Shown: piece after piece, positions 1 through 5,496 of the stretch
How the letters are laid out: every line of letters starts with the position of its first letter
How positions within the stretch are numbered: the stretch's first letter is position 1
IMG/VR virus record: IMGVR_UViG_2681813265_000006
Origin: a virus
Lineage: Duplodnaviria > Heunggongvirae > Uroviricota > Caudoviricetes
Length of the DNA stretch: 8,341 nucleotides
Direction: 5' to 3' (one strand)
Notes under the pieces: model-generated
Databases searched by the model: none
Told to the model about the DNA's origin: nothing
The model's input: only the letters and a program-made list of their open reading frames with translations
Program-made: the position numbers and the translations under genes

Positions 1-37
1 AACAAATGGTAGTGTCCGCTATTGCCAGTACACCTCA
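1..37. repeat. IR-L: left arm of a 37-bp perfect inverted repeat (partner at 8298..8334)
   Basis: Positions 1..37 are the exact reverse complement of 8298..8334. Each arm carries 5 nt of leader, an ATG and the first 10 codons (MVVSAIASTP) of an ORF reading into the window. Identity breaks at 38 / 8297; the arms may extend beyond the window edges. Confidence 0.9.
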
Positions 38-122
38 GGGTATAAGGGGTTATGGCCACCGGACTACCAAACGGCTGCCAGCCCTCTTTCAGTTTATGTG
101 TCAGCTTTTCCGCAAGATCTGA
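6..122 (+). pseudogene. Short ORF (38 aa, MVVSAIASTPQGIRGYGH...) that shares its first 10 codons with gene A (8099..8329) and then diverges; probably a truncated or recombinant remnant
   Basis: ATG at 6..8 inside IR-L, stop TGA at 120..122. Divergence from the gene A sequence begins exactly at the IR boundary (codon 11). Followed by a 12-bp perfect palindrome GGCGGCGCCGCC at 124..135. Confidence 0.3.
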
Positions 123-357
123 CGGCGGCGCCGCCCTGACAACATCATAGTGTTTAAATGCCATGGTTCTTTCCACCATCTGAAAAATAATTCTTTAAAA
201 TACCTGACATGTAATACAGAAAAAACACAAAACCATACCTTAAATAAAAACCTGATTATCAAGCAGATATGCATGGATAAACTACAAGACGAGATATAAA
301 CCACCCTGCATTTAAATAAACAATAAACAACATCAGAAAAATAATTCTGCTCTATGG

Positions 358-384
358 TTTACATTCAAAAATATCATTTATACT
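358..384 (+). promoter_or_regulatory. Putative sigma70 promoter for the ORF at 425..760
   Basis: TTTACA (358..363), 15-nt spacer, TATACT (379..384). An AAGGA Shine-Dalgarno lies at 414..418, 6 nt before the ATG at 425. The region is AT-rich, so promoter-like hexamers are expected by chance. Confidence 0.25.
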
Positions 385-424
385 TTTCAGAACATCACCA
401 GCAAGGCATAAACAAGGAAACTAA

Positions 425-760
425 ATGAAGTGGATTGTGATTGATACAGTTATCCAGCCATCATGCGGAATATCTTTTTCAGTCATATGGAGTAAAATAA
501 AATTAATAATCTGGTATCAATCGGATGCTTTCTTACCTCCTGAAAGTATATTTACACTGACTCACACAGGCATCATGCTCAATAACAAAGTGCTACCTGT
601 AACCATTTACAACGTAGTACCATTCAATAAAACATTCTGGAATTCAATCAAAAATAGCCAGGAATGCCCTACAAATACAGATAACGTATTGAATGAATGC
701 TTTAATAACCGTTGCACTCTGCAAATATGTCCTTATGGACTAAAACAACAAAGTCCATAA
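425..760 (+). CDS. Hypothetical 111-aa Cys-containing protein encoded in an AT-rich island, on the strand opposite to all phage genes
   Basis: 111-codon open frame in markedly AT-rich DNA (where stop codons are frequent), with a good SD (AAGGA, 6-nt spacer) and a candidate promoter. No family recognised by eye. Confidence 0.35.
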   Translation: MKWIVIDTVIQPSCGISFSVIWSKIKLIIWYQSDAFLPPESIFTLTHTGIMLNNKVLPVTIYNVVPFNKTFWNSIKNSQECPTNTDNVLNECFNNRCTLQICPYGLKQQSP

Positions 761-794
761 GGAGTTTACTCACATCTGACAAAATCAATATAAA

Positions 795-816
795 CAGCCC
801 CTCCGGAGAGGGGCTG
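795..816 (-). terminator. Perfect 9-bp-stem hairpin (CAGCCCCTC-cgga-GAGGGGCTG), terminator-like for minus-strand transcripts
   Basis: Stem 795..803 / 808..816, loop CGGA. On the minus strand it is followed by a U-rich stretch (GUUUAUAUUGAUUUUG); on the plus strand no U tract follows. The 3' arm is the first bases of repeat R2 copy A. Confidence 0.35.
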
Positions 817-1022
817 GAGAGTGGCGCTATGTGCCATTGCATGGTGCCGGGTGCCTCCCGGTGAATTCAGTACCAGCACCTGAATCCGCGATTATCCCAT
901 ATACCTACTCGCTGATTGCCCCTCCGCACAGGGGGATTCACCATGCCAGTTTCTTTTAACAAACTCCCCGCAAACCAGACAACAGTCAACCGCCTGAATT
1001 GTGAAGTATTTAAAAATTTCTC
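811..1022. repeat. R2 copy A: ~212-bp direct repeat (partner at 2136..2347)
   Basis: Offset of exactly 1325 bp between copies. One mismatch in the first ~175 bp, about 6 mismatches in the last ~40 bp. Contains hairpins and a conserved SD + ATG (943). Confidence 0.85.
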
Positions 1023-1207
1023 CCGCTAACTGATACCCGGCTAACAGTCTGGCGTTTTCTTTTTCAGCAACGGGAAAGCAACAACCACCACACCCGCCAC
1101 CAGCACACCGTCAGCCAGCACTGACATTATCCGGCTGCTGCAATGCCATTCACAAAAACAGTAAGCAATCACTTTTTACCGTAACAGGTGATAATCCAGA
1201 TATGTAT

Positions 1208-1534
1208 CTACCCCAGATGAGTAATCCGAAGTTCATCCATACCACAGGTCCTGGCTATTCTGTTGTACTCCTGAACAAGAGCAAATAATTCTGAATTAGC
1301 AACCATGAACTCATCGCAAACCCTCTGTATAGCATCACTATTCAGAATAATAACGTCTCTTCCCGAAAGACGATCAGGAGTACAGAACAAAACTGTCAAA
1401 CGGCTGAAGGCCTTTGCTCGTGCTGCATTGACTATATCAATACGCTGCCTAAGGATGAAACACCCCGACGCCTCATCAATATTCACTCTACCCACACCAT
1501 ATGAATGATAAATATTTAATGCTGAAAAAACCAT
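1208..1534 (-). CDS. Hypothetical protein, 108 aa from ATG 1534 (117 aa if the TTG at 1561 is used); unrecognised cargo ORF downstream of tRNA copy 1
   Basis: Longest ORF in the 650-bp block (1023..1671) that is absent from the second module copy. Weak SD. The TTG-start version has a hydrophobic N-terminus (IECLLYGLMVFSALNIY). No family recognised. Confidence 0.3.
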   Translation of the reverse strand: MVFSALNIYHSYGVGRVNIDEASGCFILRQRIDIVNAARAKAFSRLTVLFCTPDRLSGRDVIILNSDAIQRVCDEFMVANSELFALVQEYNRIARTCGMDELRITHLG

Positions 1535-1671
1535 TAGACCGTATAACAAACACTCAATCAATACTTAACAGAACTTTTATTTTTGACAAACATAAAATAT
1601 TTTCAACAATATCCTGAGCCAGGTATATTTCAGTATAAGGCTCTGCCGGAAGGAATCTGGAAGAATGAATA

Positions 1672-1748
1672 TGGCGCGCTGTACTGGATTCGAACCAGTG
1701 ACCGATTGCTTAGAAGGCAATTGCTCTGTCCGGCTGAGCTAACAACGC
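1672..1748 (-). tRNA. argO: tRNA-Arg (anticodon UCU), copy 1
   Basis: Reverse complement folds as a cloverleaf: acceptor GCGUUGU/ACAGCGC (U4-G69 wobble), anticodon loop CUUCUAA, T-loop UUCGAAU, 3' GCCA. Third gene of an ileZ-argN-argO-type cluster as in Stx phages. Confidence 0.85.
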
Positions 1749-1761
1749 TGAATACCGATAA

Positions 1762-1842
1762 TGGACCGCCATCGGGGACCCGCCCCCGCACCAACAACCC
1801 TGTTATCGTGTCGTCTGCTCTTCCTGATAAGCTAATGGCGGT
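1762..1842 (-). pseudogene. Degenerate tRNA-Arg(UCG)-like gene (argN remnant), copy 1
   Basis: The 5' acceptor/D-arm and the 3' acceptor end match the intact copy at 2467..2543, but the central ~35 nt (anticodon arm, variable region and T-loop) are replaced by unrelated sequence. No canonical anticodon stem or T-loop can be drawn. Confidence 0.55.
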
Positions 1843-1848
1843 TTGTGA

Positions 1849-1924
1849 TGGTGGCCCTTGCTGGATTTGAACCAGCGACCTGGCGATTATGAGTCGCTCG
1901 CTCTCACCACTGAGCTAAAGGGCC
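1849..1924 (-). tRNA. ileZ: tRNA-Ile2 (anticodon CAU, ileX-like, lysidine type), copy 1
   Basis: Cloverleaf with anticodon loop CUCAUAA and T-loop UUCAAAU. Near-identical in sequence to E. coli ileX/ileY as I remember them. Identical to copy 2. Confidence 0.85.
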
Positions 1925-1961
1925 GGGAGCAGAATAATAACGGTCCGTAATTAATTCCGCA
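1925..1961 (-). promoter_or_regulatory. Putative promoter of tRNA cluster copy 1
   Basis: Minus strand: -35 TTGCGG (1957..1962), 17-nt spacer, -10 TATTAT (1934..1939), about 8 nt before the tRNA-Ile 5' end. Homologous to 2627..2664 upstream of copy 2. Confidence 0.4.
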
Positions 1962-1962
1962 A

Positions 1963-1987
1963 TAAAAAACCCGCTCGGCGGCGGGTT
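1963..1987 (-). terminator. Duplicate copy of the late terminator tR'
   Basis: Minus-strand hairpin AACCCGC-cgccga-GCGGGUU followed by U6; same sequence as 4193..4217. Confidence 0.7.
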
Positions 1988-2034
1988 GTAGAAACTCTTC
2001 TAACGTCAGGCATAAAACGCCCATAGTTATGACG

Positions 2035-2062
2035 AATTTACCACAGATTCCGGAAAAATCAA
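2035..2062 (-). promoter_or_regulatory. Duplicate copy of the late promoter PR'
   Basis: -35 TTGATT (2057..2062), 16-nt spacer, extended -10 TGGTAAATT (2035..2043). The initial transcribed sequence has AACTAT where the genuine copy has AACGAT. Confidence 0.6.
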
Positions 2063-2135
2063 CCTAGTTACCTTTTTTAACTGCCGCTCAGCCCATGCTT
2101 CTTCAATATCAAACCGAGTCACCAGCGCATCATAA
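2063..2135 (-). pseudogene. Fragment of the Q 3' end (last ~24 codons) fused to R2; remnant from recombination or duplication
   Basis: About 97% identical to 4301..4373 (Q C-terminal codons plus stop region). It lacks the 8-bp tandem duplication present in the intact gene. Homology ends abruptly at 2135/2136 where R2 copy B begins. Confidence 0.8.
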
Positions 2136-2347
2136 GGGCTGGAGAGTGGCGCTATGTGCCATTGCATGATGCCGGGTGCCTCCCGGTGAATTCAGTACCA
2201 GCACCTGAATCCGCGATTATCCCATATACCTACTCGCTGATTGCCCCTCCGCACAGGGGGATTCACCATGCCAGTTTCTTTTAACAAACTCCCCGCAAAA
2301 CAGACAACTGTCAACCGTCTGAATTGTGAGACATTTAAAAAAAAGGC
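2136..2347. repeat. R2 copy B (partner at 811..1022)
   Basis: See copy A. Begins at the junction with the Q fragment; its other end overlaps the tRNA-cluster terminator. Confidence 0.85.
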
Positions 2348-2362
2348 CCGCAAAAGCGAGCC
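2337..2362 (-). terminator. Rho-independent terminator downstream of tRNA cluster copy 2
   Basis: Minus-strand RNA GGCUCGC-UUUU-GCGGGCC (7-bp stem with one U-G pair) followed by U8. The plus-strand equivalent would have a C-A mismatch and no U tract. Confidence 0.7.
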
Positions 2363-2376
2363 AGGGAAAATAAGTG

Positions 2377-2453
2377 TGGCGCGTTGTACTGGATTCGAAC
2401 CAGTGACCGATTGCTTAGAAGGCAATTGCTCTGTCCGGCTGAGCTAACAACGC
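2377..2453 (-). tRNA. argO: tRNA-Arg (anticodon UCU), copy 2
   Basis: Same cloverleaf as copy 1 but with U4-A69 Watson-Crick instead of U4-G69. Confidence 0.85.
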
Positions 2454-2466
2454 ATGATGCAGATAA

Positions 2467-2543
2467 TGGACCGCCATCGGGGACTTGAACCCCGCGCAGC
2501 CAGCTTCGAAGGCTGGCGCTCTTTCCTGATGAGCTAATGGCGG
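2467..2543 (-). tRNA. argN: tRNA-Arg (anticodon UCG), intact
   Basis: Acceptor CCGCCAU/AUGGCGG, D-stem GCUC/GAGC, anticodon stem CCAGC/GCUGG with loop CUUCGAA, T-arm CGGGG-UUCAAGU-CCCCG, 3' UCCA. Confidence 0.8.
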
Positions 2544-2550
2544 TATGTGA

Positions 2551-2626
2551 TGGTGGCCCTTGCTGGATTTGAACCAGCGACCTGGCGATTATGAGTCGCT
2601 CGCTCTCACCACTGAGCTAAAGGGCC
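2551..2626 (-). tRNA. ileZ: tRNA-Ile2 (anticodon CAU, ileX-like), copy 2
   Basis: Identical to 1849..1924. Confidence 0.85.
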
Positions 2627-2664
2627 GGGAGCCGCATAATAACGACGCGTAATTAATTCTTCAA
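2627..2664 (-). promoter_or_regulatory. Putative promoter of tRNA cluster copy 2
   Basis: -35 TTGAAG (2659..2664), 17-nt spacer, -10 TATTAT (2636..2641); directly abuts the methyltransferase stop codon. Confidence 0.4.
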
Positions 2665-2666
2665 TA

Positions 2667-3725
2667 TCATCCGTTCTGGCTGACTAAATCCTGTACTTCC
2701 CGAACCGTCTGCTCAAAACGTTCAGTCTCCAGCTCAACGCCAATTGCACGACGCCCGAGCGCCAGTGCCGCTTTCACTGTCGAACCCAACCCCATGAAAA
2801 AATCTGCAATCAGGTCACCCGGACGACTGCTAGCGCTGATTATCTGCTGCAGCATTTCTGCCGGTTTTTCGCACGGATGTTTCCCGGGATAGAACTGCAC
2901 CGGTTTATGCGTCCACACATCGGTATACGGCACCTGCACCGTCACGCCAAAATACCGCCGCAGATGTTTATATTCACTCAGCAGCTCCGCATACTGCCGG
3001 TTCAGTGAGGTATACGTATCCACCAGCTGGTGGTGGAGCTTTTCCAGTTCACCACGCCGATGCTTCTCTTCTGCCACCCGGGCAAACAGCGCCTGTAATT
3101 TCAGATAATCGCTTTCATTCGGCAACTGCCACTGACCGGCACTGAACCAGTGCGACACCATGTTTTTCTTTCCTGTGGCATCTGCAATCTGTTTTGCCGT
3201 TATCCCCAGGGCAGCTCGCGCATCACGAAAGTAAGAAATCAGCGGGGCCATCACATGCTGTTTCAGTGCACTGCCCTTCGCCGCATACCCGGCATCTTTC
3301 GGACGATACGGCCCCTGATAATGTTCCGCGAACAGAATGCGCTCTGTGGCGGGGAAATACGCCCGCAGGCTTTCCTTGTTGCATCCGTTCCAGCGTCCGG
3401 ACGGCTTCGCCCAGATAATATGGTTCAGCACACTGAAGCGTTCACGCATCATGATTTCGATATCAGATGCCAGGCGATGACCACAGAACAGGTAAAGACT
3501 TCCGGCAGGTTTCAGCACCCGCCAGAACTGCGCCAGACACTGGTCCAGCCACTTCAGGTAATCATCGTCGCCCTTCCACTGGTTATCCCAGCCCTCAGGC
3601 TTCACTTTAAAGTACGGCGGGTCCGTGACTATCAGGTCAACAGAATTTTCGGGTAACGACCGGATAAATTCCAGGCAGTCGGCGTTGATTAACTCACAAC
3701 TGGATATTTTTACAGTATTAAGCAT
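2667..3725 (-). CDS. Orphan DNA N6-adenine methyltransferase, beta class, prophage-encoded (352 aa)
   Basis: DLIVTDPPYF (motif IV, DPPY) near the N-terminus and FFMGLGSTVKAALALGRRAIGVE (FxGxG motif I, SAM-binding) near the C-terminus; the order IV then I indicates the beta class. The central region has an HTH-like segment (GITAKQIADATGKK...). No restriction endonuclease partner is present in the window. Confidence 0.8.
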   Translation of the reverse strand: MLNTVKISSCELINADCLEFIRSLPENSVDLIVTDPPYFKVKPEGWDNQWKGDDDYLKWLDQCLAQFWRVLKPAGSLYLFCGHRLASDIEIMMRERFSVLNHIIWAKPSGRWNGCNKESLRAYFPATERILFAEHYQGPYRPKDAGYAAKGSALKQHVMAPLISYFRDARAALGITAKQIADATGKKNMVSHWFSAGQWQLPNESDYLKLQALFARVAEEKHRRGELEKLHHQLVDTYTSLNRQYAELLSEYKHLRRYFGVTVQVPYTDVWTHKPVQFYPGKHPCEKPAEMLQQIISASSRPGDLIADFFMGLGSTVKAALALGRRAIGVELETERFEQTVREVQDLVSQNG

Positions 3726-3818
3726 GGATCATTAAGCCTGTCTCTGATAGGCTCATTCTGCTTTTGCGCAAAGCAGTGGGCCTGAGGTTTGCTTGTGAAC
3801 CCAACGCATGAGCAGATG

Positions 3819-3847
3819 GCTGGTGGGTGCCCCTAACACCCACCAGC
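3819..3847. other. Perfect 11-bp-stem palindromic hairpin (GCTGGTGGGTG-cccctaa-CACCCACCAGC) in the methyltransferase leader
   Basis: Seen directly in the sequence; no U tract on either side. A second near-perfect palindrome lies at 3758..3776 (CTGCTTTtgcgcAAAGCAG). Confidence 0.6.
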
Positions 3848-3860
3848 CGCCCATTTACCA

Positions 3861-3889
3861 CAAATAAAAAAGCCTTCACTGCGGAAGGC
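3861..3889 (-). terminator. Rho-independent terminator downstream of the small HTH ORF
   Basis: Minus-strand RNA GCCUUC-CGCAGU-GAAGGC followed by UUUUUUAUUU. The HTH ORF stop codon lies inside the hairpin. Confidence 0.6.
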
Positions 3890-4073
3890 GTCTGTAACAA
3901 CCGAACTGATAGTCTGCCAGACCCGCCATAACCAGCTGGGTCAGTATTAACTGGCAGCGTTCGCGTGAAAGGTAAGTATTCTGCGCTATCTCCCCGACTG
4001 TCGCCGGTTCGGTAACGCTTAATTCATTAAACACCACTCTGGCGGTTTCTGTCATATCCTGCTGTTTTAGCAT
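3876..4073 (-). CDS. Small (65 aa) putative winged-helix / HTH DNA-binding protein
   Basis: Good SD (AAGGA, 6-nt spacer). The segment TVGEIAQNTYLSRERCQLILTQLVMAGLADYQ resembles the recognition helix and wing of small wHTH regulators. First gene of the HTH-methyltransferase cassette. Confidence 0.45.
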   Translation of the reverse strand: MLKQQDMTETARVVFNELSVTEPATVGEIAQNTYLSRERCQLILTQLVMAGLADYQFGCYRRLPQ

Positions 4074-4192
4074 GTCTTTTCCTTTTCCGGTTAACGTGAC
4101 ACACCAATAACTCTTGTCGAAAAAGCCAGCAAGCTGAAAGACAGGTATTCACCGCCACCAGCGCGTTTACTGTACTGACGCGATTTCAGTCA

Positions 4193-4217
4193 TAAAAAAC
4201 CCGCTCGGCGGCGGGTT
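4193..4217 (-). terminator. tR' late terminator ending a short PR' transcript of about 65 nt
   Basis: Minus-strand hairpin AACCCGC-cgccga-GCGGGUU followed by UUUUUUAU, about 40 nt downstream of the predicted PR' start. Confidence 0.75.
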
Positions 4218-4252
4218 GTAGAAACTCTTCTAACGTCAGGCATAAAACGCCC

Positions 4253-4292
4253 ATCGTTATGACGAATTTACCACAGATTCCGGAAAAATCAA
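4253..4292 (-). promoter_or_regulatory. Late promoter PR' with sigma70-dependent pause element (qut region)
   Basis: -35 TTGATT (4287..4292), 16-nt spacer, extended -10 TGGTAAATT (4265..4273), then AACGAT at about +1..+6 (4253..4258). This is the same -10-like pause-inducing hexamer as in lambda PR'. Located immediately downstream of the Q stop codon. Confidence 0.7.
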
Positions 4293-4297
4293 CCTTG

Positions 4298-5119
4298 TTA
4301 CCTAGTTACCTTTTTTAACTGCCGCTCAGCCCATGCTTCTTCAATATCAAACCGGGTCACCAGCGCATCATAAAATTTCTTAACTGTTTTTTCCCATGAC
4401 GCGCGTGTTATCTGGTTTGTCACCTCGCATATAGCATTAAATGCCTCCGTTGATGGTAGTCTTTCATAGCCACGACCACCACAACGCTGGCAGTCTCTGA
4501 TAACAGGCATACCACGTTTTACCGACTCTTCACGATGAATGGCGACACCACGCCCACGGCAATCCTTACAGGCGGTGGAAACCTCACCCTTTCCGCCACA
4601 CTCCGGACAGGCAACTTTTACCACCTCCCTGACTTTTTTCCATTCTTCCCAGTAAGACGGATACACACCTTTCGTACACTTTGCCCATACCGGCGGCTTA
4701 CCATCCGGATACTGGATCTTGTTTGTAAAAACCTCGCTTTCAATAAATTTTTTTCCGTGACAGCAGGGGCACTGTTTTTTGCTCGCCGCGCTACGGGCAT
4801 AATCTTCAAACGCATACGAAGCCATAATACGCATCACTGCCGGTTTTATTTCTGCCGGGAGTTTTCTTAACGCCGCCACGCGATCACACCGACTGAGTGC
4901 ATATTCTGTCAGCAATTCTGTTGCCCGCTCTCTGTCATTCATACTAATGCCCATTTTCCCAAGGAACGCAGAAACCCCCATCTCAGCCCGATTCTGTGTC
5001 ATGCCCTGCGCGGCCATCACATCAGTGATACTCAGCGCATCTTTCGACGTTGAGGCCGATGCATCAGTCAGGCCGGGGGATTTTGGGGAGTAGTATTTCG
5101 GTAAATCTTCCAGTTTCAT
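4298..5119 (-). CDS. Q: Late-gene antiterminator Q (273 aa)
   Basis: Position immediately upstream of a lambda-like PR'/tR' unit. Several CxxC pairs (CPCC, CPEC, CKDC, CQRC) consistent with Q-family zinc fingers. ATGA overlap with rusA. Confidence 0.8.
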   Translation of the reverse strand: MKLEDLPKYYSPKSPGLTDASASTSKDALSITDVMAAQGMTQNRAEMGVSAFLGKMGISMNDRERATELLTEYALSRCDRVAALRKLPAEIKPAVMRIMASYAFEDYARSAASKKQCPCCHGKKFIESEVFTNKIQYPDGKPPVWAKCTKGVYPSYWEEWKKVREVVKVACPECGGKGEVSTACKDCRGRGVAIHREESVKRGMPVIRDCQRCGGRGYERLPSTEAFNAICEVTNQITRASWEKTVKKFYDALVTRFDIEEAWAERQLKKVTR

Positions 5120-5496
5120 TTTTTGACCTGCCCTTCAAGCATTATGGGATAAATCTTCACCCCCAGACGTCCACCAGATACTGGCTGAGCACGAACGATA
5201 TTGATTTCATCAAACTGCTCATCGTCCATTAGCAACCCCGCATGCGTCAGCGCATCCAGCGGCGCTTTCAGAATATTGTCCAGGTCACGGCGGCGCTTAT
5301 CCGGTGGTTCTGCAATAATTTTTATTGCCAACCTTCCGGACAGGCTTAATTTCAGCCGCTGCTGGCGAACAATAAGCGCCACTGCCCGGCGATAACGCTC
5401 CCCGGCTTTTGATACAAAATATGTGCTGCCACGACGACGCCAGTAAGTGTTCACCGTCGGCGGGTAAGGTAAAACAAATTCTATGCGCTCGGTCAT
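5116..5496 (-). CDS. rusA: Holliday-junction resolvase RusA (126 aa)
   Basis: N-terminus MTERIEFVLPYPPTVNTYW and the acidic catalytic region RRRDLDNILKAPLDAL...LLMDDEQ match RusA. Its start abuts the stop of the upstream ORF (TAAATG). Confidence 0.85.
   Translation of the reverse strand: MTERIEFVLPYPPTVNTYWRRRGSTYFVSKAGERYRRAVALIVRQQRLKLSLSGRLAIKIIAEPPDKRRRDLDNILKAPLDALTHAGLLMDDEQFDEINIVRAQPVSGGRLGVKIYPIMLEGQVKK

Noticed and set aside
101-304. 67-aa minus-strand ORF at the left edge of the AT-rich island
   Set aside because: No SD; highly biased low-complexity translation; overlaps the IR-associated ORF region.
1305-1508. 67-aa plus-strand ORF antisense to the 108-aa cargo ORF
   Set aside because: Shorter than and fully contained within the minus-strand ORF and with no SD. 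It cannot be excluded rigorously, since both are unrecognised.
1583-1870. 95-aa plus-strand ORF from the six-frame track
   Set aside because: Lies antisense across tRNA-Arg and the degenerate argN of copy 1; no SD; artefact of the tRNA sequence.
2192-2447. Track ORFs 2192..2425 (-) and 2241..2447 (+)
   Set aside because: Both span R2 copy B, the tRNA terminator and argO; only the first ~23 codons of the plus ORF are conserved with copy A (discussed as a finding), the rest is read-through.
3150-3656. Plus-strand ORFs 3150..3656 and 3194..3418
   Set aside because: Antisense inside the methyltransferase CDS, which has clear catalytic motifs; typical shadow ORFs.
3718-3900. 60-aa minus-strand ORF
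   Set aside because: Spans the terminator and both palindromes and overlaps the methyltransferase start; no SD; low-complexity translation.
4535-4870. Track ORFs inside Q (4535..4870 +, 4618..4815 -)
   Set aside because: Antisense or alternative-frame ORFs within the Q coding region.
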